Positions 38,213-46,991 of a stretch of 46,991 nucleotides of DNA are shown here, in pieces (position 1 is the first letter of the stretch; every line of letters begins with the position of its first letter). This DNA is from an uncultured Gammaproteobacteria bacterium (GTDB lineage: Bacteria > Pseudomonadota > Gammaproteobacteria > CAZYCO01), in the NCBI GenBank assembly GCA_964645885.1, contig CAZYCO010000008.1, positions 7,171 through 54,161 of the forward strand, written 5' to 3'. Under the pieces are notes generated by a model that did not search any database, was not told where the DNA came from, and saw only the letters and a program-made list of their open reading frames with translations. The translations under genes were made by a program, and so were the position numbers.

Positions 38213-39175
38213 TTACGCATTCTCGATTGAAAAACTAATTACTTCTTGAATAGACGATTTTTTCAATGCCAGCATAATCAAACGATCAACACCTAATGCC
38301 ACGCCAGCGCAATTAGGTAAGCCTTGATTTAATGCTGCAATTAAATTTTTATCGTATGGAACAGTAGCTAAATTAAGTTGTTGACGTAATTGTTGTTCAT
38401 GTTGAAAACGTTTTTCTTGTTCAACAGCATCGCTTAATTCATGAAAGCCATTTGCTAATTCCATACCACCTAGATAAACCTCAAAACGTTCAGCAATATT
38501 CTCGTTTTGCTGATTTTTACCAATACGAGCTAGTGCCGCTTGTGAAGCAGGAAAATCAAAAATAAAAGTTGGAACATTTTTTGATAAATTAGGTTCAATA
38601 AGATGAGTCATTAATAAATACAACCAAAAGTCTCGATCGTGTTTTTGTTCAGAAGAAAATGTTATTTCTATGTGTTGTTTCGCGATTAATTCAAGTTGCT
38701 CTATAGATGCATCTAATGGGTTGATGTCTAACAATTTTAAAAAAATTTCTTTATAAGTTATTTTTTCTGCTTTAGGTGCTTGAATGATGGTTTGCAAAAA
38801 TTCATCGATTTCATTCATCAAATCATGATGATTAAATCCAGGTCTATACCATTCAAGCATAGTAAATTCAGGATTATGTTGTTTGCCTAATTCATCATTT
38901 CGAAATGATTTAGTAATTTGAAAAATGGCACCACTACCGTTACACAATAAGCGTTTCATTGCATATTCTGGTGATGTTTGTAAGTAAAAAGTTTTATTAT
39001 GAAAAGTTGTCTCGAAGCTATATAAATTTGGATCAGTAACAGTAGCATTTGATAATAAAGGTGTTTCAACTTCTAAATAATTTCTTGCTAAAAAAAATTG
39101 TCGAATATTTTGGATGATTTCAGCTCTTTTTTTTAGCGTTTCAATAGTTGCAGTTGAGCACCAATTATTTGTCAT
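38213..39175 (-). CDS. epmA: Elongation factor P--(R)-beta-lysine ligase (PoxA/GenX)
   Basis: Truncated class II LysRS-like protein with FRNDELGKQHNPEFTMLEWY, ERFEVYLGGMELANGFHEL and GVALGVDRL. 320 aa. Confidence 0.9.
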   Translation of the reverse strand: MTNNWCSTATIETLKKRAEIIQNIRQFFLARNYLEVETPLLSNATVTDPNLYSFETTFHNKTFYLQTSPEYAMKRLLCNGSGAIFQITKSFRNDELGKQHNPEFTMLEWYRPGFNHHDLMNEIDEFLQTIIQAPKAEKITYKEIFLKLLDINPLDASIEQLELIAKQHIEITFSSEQKHDRDFWLYLLMTHLIEPNLSKNVPTFIFDFPASQAALARIGKNQQNENIAERFEVYLGGMELANGFHELSDAVEQEKRFQHEQQLRQQLNLATVPYDKNLIAALNQGLPNCAGVALGVDRLIMLALKKSSIQEVISFSIENA

Positions 39176-40374
39176 GATACGGAAATCGCTTTGTAACTTT
39201 GTTGTTTTTTATACCACCACCACAAACCGGTTAATGTAGGCAATAAGAAGATCAGTTGACTGATAATTCCTTCTTCTGTTGGGAAAATACCTAGAATTGA
39301 AATTTCTGGCATAGAATGAATTGGCGTATATGGAATCCAATTTGCTTCTTGAAGTTCTGCAATAGCGCGACCAATAAATGTGAAGGCCATGTAATACAAG
39401 AAAACAGCGGTAATTGTAAAAAAGGTACGTAGCGGTAATTTAATACTTGCACGTGTAATAGTGAAATAAAGTGCAATCAATAAGAAAATAGCAACGATAA
39501 ATCCAGTTAATAAACCACCAGTTGCACCATGACTGCTAGCAATAAGTGCTTGATAAAATAAAATTGTTTCAGCACCTTCACGATATACCGCTAAAAATGC
39601 AGCACTGCCAAGTGCAAATAAGTTACTAGTTTTTACAGCTTGTTCTATTTTGAAATTAATGGCTTTTTTCCGTTTTAGTCCATGTTCAAATATCCAATAG
39701 CTAACATAGAGCAAAACTAAAGCTGCAATAAACATGCTTGAGCCTTCTAATACTTCTTTATTAACTTGCAAACTGTTCACTAATATCGAGTACCCAAATG
39801 CAGTAGCTATACTTGCTGCTATAGCAATCATTGTGCTGTAGTGAATGATTGGAATTTTATCTTCTTGATTCATACGACGAAGATACGCAATCAGCGCGAC
39901 AATAATTAAAATTGCTTCAAAACCTTCACGAAATAAAATAATTAAAGATTGAAATGATGTTTCCCAGAAGCCTGCTTGGTGACGTACACGTAAAACAGTT
40001 AAATCGGCTTTTAATTGCTGTGATAAAGCTCCCCATATTTTTTCCAAATTTGCTTTTGGTTGGTTTTTTCCAGCAGCATTAATAAGTTGTAAAAAAAGAG
40101 CCTCAGTATTTTTTCCCATTTCAGGAGCAGCGTTTGCAACTCTGTCTTCAATGCCTTTATCTTCATATAACTCAAAATAGAGTTTGGAAAAGCCATTGGT
40201 CACTTCTAAATTATTTTGTGAATTATACTTTTGGATAAGGGCGTCGCCTTGAGCAGTAATTTGAGTAATAAGCGTGTCATATTCAGTAGCTTTTTTTTCA
40301 GATGATGCAAAAGCAAGTTGAAAAAAAAAAAAAAGGGTTAGGCAAAAAATGAGGGAAAAAATCGTTTTTTTCAT
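39172..40374 (-). CDS. FTR1/EfeU-family iron permease with an N-terminal periplasmic extension
   Basis: Signal peptide, then a soluble segment of about 140 aa, then 7 TM segments. Two REXXE iron-binding motifs (REGFEAILII, REGAETILF). Stop overlaps the epmA start (ATGA). Confidence 0.85.
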   Translation of the reverse strand: MKKTIFSLIFCLTLFFFFQLAFASSEKKATEYDTLITQITAQGDALIQKYNSQNNLEVTNGFSKLYFELYEDKGIEDRVANAAPEMGKNTEALFLQLINAAGKNQPKANLEKIWGALSQQLKADLTVLRVRHQAGFWETSFQSLIILFREGFEAILIIVALIAYLRRMNQEDKIPIIHYSTMIAIAASIATAFGYSILVNSLQVNKEVLEGSSMFIAALVLLYVSYWIFEHGLKRKKAINFKIEQAVKTSNLFALGSAAFLAVYREGAETILFYQALIASSHGATGGLLTGFIVAIFLLIALYFTITRASIKLPLRTFFTITAVFLYYMAFTFIGRAIAELQEANWIPYTPIHSMPEISILGIFPTEEGIISQLIFLLPTLTGLWWWYKKQQSYKAISVS

Positions 40375-40410
40375 GTGTTGAGCCTTGAAAATTAGAGTAG
40401 CTAGGTTAAA

Positions 40411-40430
40411 TGATAATGATTCTCATTTGT
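40411..40430. promoter_or_regulatory. Fur box upstream of the iron permease
   Basis: TGATAAT-G-ATTCTCA matches the 7-1-7 Fur consensus TGATAAT-N-ATTATCA with one mismatch. It matches 14 of 19 positions of GATAATGATAATCATTATC. It lies 37-56 nt upstream of the ATG at 40374. Confidence 0.6.
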
Positions 40431-40574
40431 AACTGCAATAGCTAAAGCATCAAAAATTGCAATGATACGAAACATTCAGCAGAATCGCTTAAATTTTTTA
40501 TAACTCGCCAATAAATTTTATTAAGATGAGATAGAGCACCAATTGGTACACCTAAGATAATTGAGGTAAGAATT

Positions 40575-40757
40575 ATGATTTTTAAAAAACTCAAAACTGA
40601 CTTTGTTAGTCCAGATGAAAAATTTCTTTATAGTCTGGATAAAAAAATCCCTTTATCTAAAAACCAGATAAAAGAAATAGAAAAAGCGAAACGGATTGCT
40701 AAGCTTCGCGATAATCCTAATCCAGAGCAAAAAGACGAAATCTGGGAAAAGTTTTAA
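40575..40757 (+). CDS. Small hypothetical protein (60 aa)
   Basis: ORF with RBS GAGGT 8 nt upstream. Lys/Glu-rich with no recognised family. Its stop shares the TTAA tetranucleotide with the stop of the convergent DUF47 gene. Confidence 0.4.
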   Translation: MIFKKLKTDFVSPDEKFLYSLDKKIPLSKNQIKEIEKAKRIAKLRDNPNPEQKDEIWEKF

Positions 40758-41437
40758 CGAGCAAGTAATAGTTCTAAGAGTCCGCCAACCGCTTGGGCTC
40801 GATCAGCTAAATCACCCGTCCATTCGATAATTTTATAAAGAAAAATCACATCTACGGGTGGTAGTGATTTTTCAAGTTCAAACAATTTTTTACGAATAAT
40901 AATCTGCATTTCGTCGGTGTCGTGTTCAATAGCATCTAGAGTGGTAATCATGCCTTCTACTAACTTCACTTCATTGCTGCCACGAAAACCAGTTTCTAAT
41001 AACTCATCTAGTTGATTGATGGCATCTCTTGCTTGTTTGGAAGCATCAATAGAGCGCTTTAAAAAACGCATAAAATCTTCAGCAATTTCTTTAGGAATCA
41101 GTAATTTGCGCCCAATGATAATACCGGCAATATCTTTCGCTTTATTTGCAAGTCGATCTTGGGTAAATAAAATTTCTAATAAGTCAGTACGTGGTACAGG
41201 TAAGAATAAACCGCGAGGCAAATGCGTTCTTAAGTCTTTCTTCATTTGATCGGCTTCGCGTTCTAACACCGAAATTTTAAGCTGTAATTTTTCAACTGTT
41301 ATCCAATCTTGCTTGAGTACCGCTTCAAAAAAGGGAATTAAAACTTCTACACAGGAATGTACTTTATCCATATGTTTTTCAAGTGGCATAAGAGGGGAGC
41401 GAGCAAACATATCGAAAATAGAAGAAGTAATAGTCAT
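40754..41437 (-). CDS. DUF47 / PhoU-like protein (TIGR00153-type, Pit accessory family)
   Basis: MTITSSIFDMFARSPLMPLEKHMDKVHSCVEVLIPFFEAV N-terminus and a helical repeat organisation typical of DUF47. 227 aa. Confidence 0.8.
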   Translation of the reverse strand: MTITSSIFDMFARSPLMPLEKHMDKVHSCVEVLIPFFEAVLKQDWITVEKLQLKISVLEREADQMKKDLRTHLPRGLFLPVPRTDLLEILFTQDRLANKAKDIAGIIIGRKLLIPKEIAEDFMRFLKRSIDASKQARDAINQLDELLETGFRGSNEVKLVEGMITTLDAIEHDTDEMQIIIRKKLFELEKSLPPVDVIFLYKIIEWTGDLADRAQAVGGLLELLLAR

Positions 41438-41549
41438 GGAACGTCCCTTATTTAAATGTATGAGATACTAAAACCTTTTTGACTAACTGAGTTGTGTTCA
41501 AGAATAATGTTATCTTTAGAAAAAACAAACTTTATTAATAGATAATTAA

Positions 41550-42569
41550 ATGAAACGCCAAGATTTTTATTACGATTTACCAGATGAATTGATTGCGCAA
41601 TATCCGTTAAAACAACGCAGTCAAAGCCGTTTATTGGTCTTAGAAAAGCAAACCGGCAAGGTATCTCATCATTTGTTTTCTGATTTAACTAATTTTCTTA
41701 ATCCCCTAGATTTACTCGTTTTTAATGACAGTAGAGTTATTCCAGCTCGCTTATTTGGTCAAAAGCAAAGTGGTGGCAAAGTCGAAGTGTTAGTTGAGCG
41801 GGTATTAGATGCACATCGAGTTTTAGCGCATGTACGTGCCAGCAAAGCGCCCAAAGCAAATAGTAAATTGTTATTGGAAAATGCAATTGAAGTTGAAATG
41901 GTAGCTCGTCAAGACGATTTATTCGAACTTAAATTTTTATCGGAAAAAACAGTATTAGAATTATTAGAACAATACGGTCATATTCCACTACCTCTTTATG
42001 TCACTCGTGCTGATGAACAAACTGACTTAGAACGTTATCAGACAATTTACGCAAAACATAAAGGTTCAGTTGCAGCACCTACTGCTGGGCTTCATTTTGA
42101 CGAAGCCATGTTTGAAAAACTAAAACAAAAAAATATTGAAACTGCTTATGTCACTTTACATGTTGGTGCTGGAACATTTCAGCCAGTTCGAGTCGACGAT
42201 GTAACCCAACATCAAATGCATACTGAGTATTTTCAAGTATCAGATGAAGTTTGCAGTAAGGTAAAAGCAGCAAAGAAAATAAATGCCCGTGTAACAGCTA
42301 TAGGTACAACTAGTGTTCGAAGTTTGGAAAGTGCAGCAATAACAGGCGAATTAGTTGCAACGACCAAAGAAACTAATTTGTTTATTTATCCAGGTTTTCA
42401 ATTTCGAGTAATAGATTCAATGCTAACAAATTTTCATTTGCCTGAATCAACTTTACTGATGCTGATATCTGCATTTGCAGGATATGAAAATGTAATGAAT
42501 GCATATAAAGAAGCGGTAAAAGAAAAATATCGGTTTTTTAGCTACGGCGACGCAATGCTTATTTTATAA
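41550..42569 (+). CDS. queA: S-adenosylmethionine:tRNA ribosyltransferase-isomerase
   Basis: [45 protein letters not shown]. 339 aa. Confidence 0.95.
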   Translation: MKRQDFYYDLPDELIAQYPLKQRSQSRLLVLEKQTGKVSHHLFSDLTNFLNPLDLLVFNDSRVIPARLFGQKQSGGKVEVLVERVLDAHRVLAHVRASKAPKANSKLLLENAIEVEMVARQDDLFELKFLSEKTVLELLEQYGHIPLPLYVTRADEQTDLERYQTIYAKHKGSVAAPTAGLHFDEAMFEKLKQKNIETAYVTLHVGAGTFQPVRVDDVTQHQMHTEYFQVSDEVCSKVKAAKKINARVTAIGTTSVRSLESAAITGELVATTKETNLFIYPGFQFRVIDSMLTNFHLPESTLLMLISAFAGYENVMNAYKEAVKEKYRFFSYGDAMLIL

Positions 42570-42646
42570 CTTTAAATGTTAATGTTGATCTTAATTTTCT
42601 CTCAAGGTAAGCCAAATTAAAATTATCAATGACTTAAAATAAAAAA

Positions 42647-43516
42647 TTAATGTTTATTTTTTTCTTGTTGTTGTAATTCTTTTTCTTTGCATATTTTTTC
42701 AATATCACTAGCATTGAATTCATAGCGATAATTGCAGAATTCACAAGTGACAGCGATTGCTTTATGCAAATGCAATAACTCGTCCATTTCTTCTTTGCTT
42801 AACATGCTCACAGCGCCTTCCATTTTTTCAATTGTGCATGAGCACTGAAATTCTACTTTTTCGGCGGGAAATAATTCTAAATCATGTTCATGAAATAAGC
42901 GTTTTAAAATGGTTTGATTTGGTAGCTCAAATAATTCTTGCGATGAAATGGTTTTTGCTAATTGGATAGCTTCGTCCCAAGCTATTGTTGGTGTTTCAAT
43001 TTTTCCATCTGGAATAACTTGTAAGAGTAAACCCGCAGCAGTTTGTTCATTGGCAAATAAGATAATACATGTTGCTAATTGTTCTGATTGCGCAAAATAA
43101 GTTTCAAGTGCTGATGCAATACTGCCTTGAAAATCGACTACACCTTGATAGCGGTCATTATTAGGAGCAGTGATTGTGATAACTAAGTTTCCTTTACCAA
43201 ATGCTTCTTTAGGGTTAGTTGCAACTTCACCTTCCCATTTAGCCAAACCACGAATTTTAAAAGTAGGTCGGCACTGAGTAACAACTAAATTAAGTGGGCC
43301 ATCGGTTTGAATTTGTAAAATTAATGAGCTCTCAGATTTGATAGTGCTGCTTAGCATAGGGATAGCTGCTAGTGCTTGGCCGAGTTGATACTGCACAGTA
43401 AAGGGGTAGGGGTGTCGGCTACGCACTGCTTGGTAGCTGTCGCGTAAGCGGACAATCACACCGCGAATATTGCCATTTAAAAAAAGAAATCGTTGTAATT
43501 GGTCTAGTTCGGTCAT
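42647..43516 (-). CDS. hslO: Redox-regulated chaperone Hsp33
   Basis: C-terminal zinc centre with CSC (FQCSCTIEKM) and CEFC (VTCEFCNYRYEF). 289 aa. Confidence 0.9.
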   Translation of the reverse strand: MTELDQLQRFLFLNGNIRGVIVRLRDSYQAVRSRHPYPFTVQYQLGQALAAIPMLSSTIKSESSLILQIQTDGPLNLVVTQCRPTFKIRGLAKWEGEVATNPKEAFGKGNLVITITAPNNDRYQGVVDFQGSIASALETYFAQSEQLATCIILFANEQTAAGLLLQVIPDGKIETPTIAWDEAIQLAKTISSQELFELPNQTILKRLFHEHDLELFPAEKVEFQCSCTIEKMEGAVSMLSKEEMDELLHLHKAIAVTCEFCNYRYEFNASDIEKICKEKELQQQEKNKH

Positions 43517-43638
43517 GAAAATCTCAATTTATTTTTTCTAAGGGTAAATAAATGTAACAGCAGCATACAATTGCGTCACCACCTTGAACACGGTAAATTG
43601 CCCGACTTCAAATTGACATAAACGTTTTGAGGGAAATT

Positions 43639-43977
43639 ATGAGTCTTTTTATTGCTGATGCATTTGCGCAAGCTGCTTCTGATGTACCGCCACAAGCATC
43701 AATGTTAAGCAGCGTAGGCATGTTGGTTGCGTTTATATTAATTTTTTATTTTCTTATGTGGCGTCCTCAAAGCAAACGTATGAAAGAACACCGCCAATTA
43801 GTCGCAAATTTACAAAAAGGTGATGAAGTTATTACCAGTGGCGGAATCGTTGGAACTATCTCGCGTATAGCAGGTGATTTTGTAGTTTTAACAGTTTCAC
43901 AAGGTGTTGAAATTACAGTGCAACGTCCATCTGTTGCTTCAGTGTTACCAAAAGGTACATTGAAATCATTGTCATAA
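43639..43977 (+). CDS. yajC: Preprotein translocase subunit YajC
   Basis: Single TM segment followed by MWRPQSKRMKEHRQLVANLQKGDEVITSGGIVGTI. The corrected ATG (43639) follows RBS GAGGGA. The track start at 43627 is a TTG overlapping the RBS. Confidence 0.92.
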   Translation: MSLFIADAFAQAASDVPPQASMLSSVGMLVAFILIFYFLMWRPQSKRMKEHRQLVANLQKGDEVITSGGIVGTISRIAGDFVVLTVSQGVEITVQRPSVASVLPKGTLKSLS

Positions 43978-44009
43978 ATAATTTAAAACATTTTCCTTAG
44001 GATTGTCTC

Positions 44010-45881
44010 ATGCAGAATCGCTTTCCACTTTGGAAATATATTTTACTTATCGTCATTTTGATTGTCGGTATTCTTTACGCACTACCTAATGTGTTTATGG
44101 ATGAGCCTGCAATTCAAATTTCGCCAAAAGTTGAACAAGTTACAATTGATAATAATTTCATTGCTTCAATCAAACAAAATTTAGCTGAAGCAGGCATTAG
44201 CTATAAATCGATTCAGCAACAAAATAACTTACTTTTAATTCGATTTGATTCTGTTAATCATCAATTAGAAGCAAGAAGTGCGATCAATAAATTATTAGCA
44301 AATAACAACAATTATACGCTTGCACTCAATCTTGCTCCGACAACACCAAAGTGGTTAAGCGCGCTTGGTGCGCATCCTATGAAATTAGGTTTAGATCTTC
44401 GTGGCGGTGTTCATTTTTTACTTGATGTTGATATGACAAGTGTATTTGTACGTCGCATTCAAAATTTTGCTAAATCATTTAGTAAGCAATTACGTGATGC
44501 CAACATTCGTTATCGTGGTGTATTTCCAACTAAACAAAATATTACTTTGCAATTTGATGACGCTGAATCAGAAGCGCAAGCGTACGGATTAATTCAACGT
44601 AGCGCGCCAGAATTTAGTGTTAAAAAACAAAATCAAAATGGTAATTACGTTTTGTTAGCAGAATTTACGCCGCAAGCGATCGGTGAAATTTCGCAATATA
44701 CAATTGAACAAACGATGACGACATTACGTAATCGTGTAAATGAATTGGGAGTTGCAGAAGCGCAAGTACAACAACAAGGTAGTAATCGTATTGCAGTCGA
44801 TTTGCCTGGTATTCAAGATGCTGCACATGCAAAACAAATTTTAGGTGGAACAGCTACATTAGCATTTCATTTAGTTGATTTTGAAAATGATGCCAGATCT
44901 GTTGCTGCAAGTGGTGCCATACCATTAGGCACCAAACTTTATCAATTAGATGGTCAACCTATTTTGGTAAAAAATCAGGCAGTGTTGACAGGTGATGCAA
45001 TTATTTCTGCGCAAACTGGTTTAGATGAAAACGGTATGCCTGCAGTTAACATCAGTATTGGTGGTAACGATGCTGCATTATTTTCGCGTGCTACTCGTGA
45101 AAATGTTGGTAAAAGATTAGCAATTGTTTATATCGAAACTGTTTCTGAAACTCAGGTTGTAAATGGTAAGCCAACAAAAGTTCATCGGAAAATTGAACGA
45201 GTAATTAGTGCGCCACAAATTCAAACTACACTTGGAAGTAATTTTAGGATCACTGGTTTAAGTACCAAGGAAGCGCAAGATTTAGCGCTTTTACTGCGCG
45301 CAGGTTCATTACCAGCTGCAATTGATGTAGTTGAAGAGCAAACTGTTGGACCATCACTGGGTGCTGAAAATATTAAAAATGGTATCAATTCATTAGTCAT
45401 TGGTATGACGTTAGTTATTATTTTTATGGCACTTTACTATCGTGTATTTGGTTTGATTGCCGACCTAGCTTTAATTTTTGATTTAGTGTTAATCGTTGCT
45501 GTTTTATCGATTGCAGGTGCCACACTTACGTTATCAGGTATTGCCGGTATCGTATTAACAGTTGGTATGGCAGTAGATAGTAACGTTTTAATTTTTGAGC
45601 GTATTCGTGAAGAACTGCGTAATGGTGTTAGTCCACAAGCAAGTATTCATGCCGGTTTTGAACGCGCATTAGCAACTATTATTGATTCGAACGTTACAAC
45701 ATTAATTGTCGCGATTGTGTTATTCAGTATTGGTTCTGGAGCAGTGCGCGGTTTTGCAATCACATTAACAATCGGGATCCTGACATCTATGTTAACTGCA
45801 GTCACATTTACACGTGCGATAGTAAATATGGTGTGGCAGAGCATTGAAAAAAATCTCAATTGGCATATAAAAAATTTGTGA
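44010..45881 (+). CDS. secD: Protein translocase subunit SecD
   Basis: 623 aa. GLDLRGGVHFLL, a periplasmic domain, and six C-terminal TM segments. Conserved yajC-secD-secF order. Confidence 0.95.
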   Translation: MQNRFPLWKYILLIVILIVGILYALPNVFMDEPAIQISPKVEQVTIDNNFIASIKQNLAEAGISYKSIQQQNNLLLIRFDSVNHQLEARSAINKLLANNNNYTLALNLAPTTPKWLSALGAHPMKLGLDLRGGVHFLLDVDMTSVFVRRIQNFAKSFSKQLRDANIRYRGVFPTKQNITLQFDDAESEAQAYGLIQRSAPEFSVKKQNQNGNYVLLAEFTPQAIGEISQYTIEQTMTTLRNRVNELGVAEAQVQQQGSNRIAVDLPGIQDAAHAKQILGGTATLAFHLVDFENDARSVAASGAIPLGTKLYQLDGQPILVKNQAVLTGDAIISAQTGLDENGMPAVNISIGGNDAALFSRATRENVGKRLAIVYIETVSETQVVNGKPTKVHRKIERVISAPQIQTTLGSNFRITGLSTKEAQDLALLLRAGSLPAAIDVVEEQTVGPSLGAENIKNGINSLVIGMTLVIIFMALYYRVFGLIADLALIFDLVLIVAVLSIAGATLTLSGIAGIVLTVGMAVDSNVLIFERIREELRNGVSPQASIHAGFERALATIIDSNVTTLIVAIVLFSIGSGAVRGFAITLTIGILTSMLTAVTFTRAIVNMVWQSIEKNLNWHIKNL

Positions 45882-45898
45882 CGAGGTTGTGATAAACA

Positions 45899-46819
45899 AT
45901 GGAATTTTTTAAACAAGGTACCAAAATTGATTTCATGGGCGTAAGCCGTTGGACAGCGATCCTTTCTATTTTTCTATTCGCTGTTTCAATTGGCGCCTTA
46001 ATAATGAATGGCTTACGTTTTGGTTTAGATTTTACTGGCGGTATTCAAATCGAAGCGCATTACGACAAACCTGCAAATATTGAACAAATTCGTAGCGCAC
46101 TTGCACAAGCTAATTTTAAAGAAGCTGTAGTTCAAACTTATGGCACATCAGAACAAGTACTAATTAGCATTCCTGCTAATTTAATTGCAAAAAATCAAGA
46201 AGTAGTAATAGATAAAATTATGGCAGCACTACCAGGAGCTGAAAAACAACGCGTTGATGTTGTTGGTGCACAAGTCGGGAAAGAATTAACTACGCGTGGC
46301 TTACTTGCAGTTATTGTCGCGTTATTAGCAACTATGATTTATATCGCGCTTCGATTTGAATATCGTTTTGCAGTAAGTTCAACGGTGGCACTTATTCACG
46401 ATCCAGTTTTAATTTTAGGTATTTTTGCGTTATTCCAAATTGAATTTGATTTGAAAGCATTAGCTGCTTTATTAGCAATTATTGGTTACTCACTAAATGA
46501 CACGATTGTGGTATTCGATCGAGTTCGTGAAAATTTTAGAAGAATGCGTAAATCAACGCCGCTTGAAATTATGAATGTGTCTATCAATCAAACTTTATCA
46601 AGAACAATCATGACATCAGTCTTAACCTTAATCGTGGTTGTTGTTTTGTATTTATATGGTGGAGAAATGATTCGTGGTTTCTCACTCGCACTTATTATCG
46701 GGATCGTTGTAGGTACATATTCTTCTATTTATGTTGCAGGTGCATTGGCATTGAAAATGGGATTAAGTCGTGATGACTTATTACCAAAGCAAAAGAAAAT
46801 TGTTGATGATCGGCCTTAA
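45899..46819 (+). CDS. secF: Protein translocase subunit SecF
   Basis: FGLDFTGGIQIE, YSLNDTIVVFDRVREN. 306 aa. Confidence 0.95.
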   Translation: MEFFKQGTKIDFMGVSRWTAILSIFLFAVSIGALIMNGLRFGLDFTGGIQIEAHYDKPANIEQIRSALAQANFKEAVVQTYGTSEQVLISIPANLIAKNQEVVIDKIMAALPGAEKQRVDVVGAQVGKELTTRGLLAVIVALLATMIYIALRFEYRFAVSSTVALIHDPVLILGIFALFQIEFDLKALAALLAIIGYSLNDTIVVFDRVRENFRRMRKSTPLEIMNVSINQTLSRTIMTSVLTLIVVVVLYLYGGEMIRGFSLALIIGIVVGTYSSIYVAGALALKMGLSRDDLLPKQKKIVDDRP

Positions 46820-46828
46820 AGAAAAGAT

Positions 46829-46991
46829 CTATTTTTTAATTAATGAACTGCTCATTTCTTCTTCAGCTAATTTAAGCGCGTATTTATAGTCGCTCGTAAT
46901 TTGGTTTTGTTCTTCTTGCGAAAGTTGGCTAATTCTTTGTTGCTCTCTTTGTTGTTGATCTTCGATCTCGGAAGGTTTTAATACTTTAGCA
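46829..46991 (-). CDS. 3' end of an unknown Gln/Glu-rich protein entering from the right edge (partial)
   Basis: My minus-strand translation, open to the window edge, is ..AKVLKPSEIEDQQQREQQRISQLSQEEQNQITSDYKYALKLAEEEMSSSLIKK*. Not in the ORF track because the start lies outside the window. Confidence 0.45.
   Translation of the reverse strand, partial: AKVLKPSEIEDQQQREQQRISQLSQEEQNQITSDYKYALKLAEEEMSSSLIKK

Noticed and set aside
40431-40470. A second Fur-like sequence (TGCAATGATACGAAACATT) in the permease upstream region.
   Set aside because: It matches only about 10 of 19 consensus positions. The box at 40411-40430 is sufficient and much better.
46829-46991. The C-terminal tail of the edge-truncated ORF (..SDYKYALKLAEEEMSSS..) looked vaguely like a ubiquitin-interacting (UIM/MIU) helix.
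   Set aside because: The key positions of either motif are not satisfied (no Ser at Ala+4, and an incomplete acidic/hydrophobic pattern). Only 53 residues are visible.

Overview
AT-rich (roughly 35-38% GC by eye) chromosomal segment of a gammaproteobacterium. Gene content and order suggest Legionellales: a split gcvPA/gcvPB glycine dehydrogenase, Asn-rich orphan proteins, and E. coli-like synteny blocks (pth-ychF, rplU-rpmA-obg, rluD<>bamD, xseB-ispA, yajC-secD-secF). This taxonomic call is an inference. About 50 CDS are present, mostly housekeeping. They include mutM, ychF, pth, rplY, murJ, rpsT, obg, rpmA, rplU, gcvT-gcvH-gcvPA-(transporter)-gcvPB, rluD, bamD, dps and comF. There is a biotin cluster (frameshifted bioA <> bioBFHCD), ispA, xseB, and an Rrf2-regulated SUF operon (sufBCDS-sufU-sufT). 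The remainder are epmA, an FTR1 iron permease, a DUF47 protein, queA, hslO and yajC-secDF. I saw no rRNA, tRNA, CRISPR array, transposase or integrase. The non-core material is more interesting. (1) A small orphan regulatory module at 29.1-30.8 kb has a lambda-CI-like repressor lacking both its catalytic Ser and its Ala-Gly cleavage site. It also has a divergent 59-aa CsrA paralogue (absent from the ORF track) and an unknown 142-aa gene whose leader carries a near-consensus CsrA GGA hairpin. (2) Two large orphan, effector-like proteins (661 aa and 522 aa) are present, the second with an HNH/His-Me-finger-like motif. (3) A stand-alone 85-aa histidine-kinase DHp (H-box) mini-protein sits where dxs normally follows ispA. 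(4) A DAACS transporter is inserted inside the gcv operon, with a neutral-substrate signature. (5) Two families of intergenic palindromic repeats occur, one of them GTAG-headed REP/REPIN-like. (6) The iron permease has a Fur box upstream and a T14 homopolymer in its signal-peptide codons. Many starts in the ORF track are over-extended; I give corrected starts where the sequence supports them.
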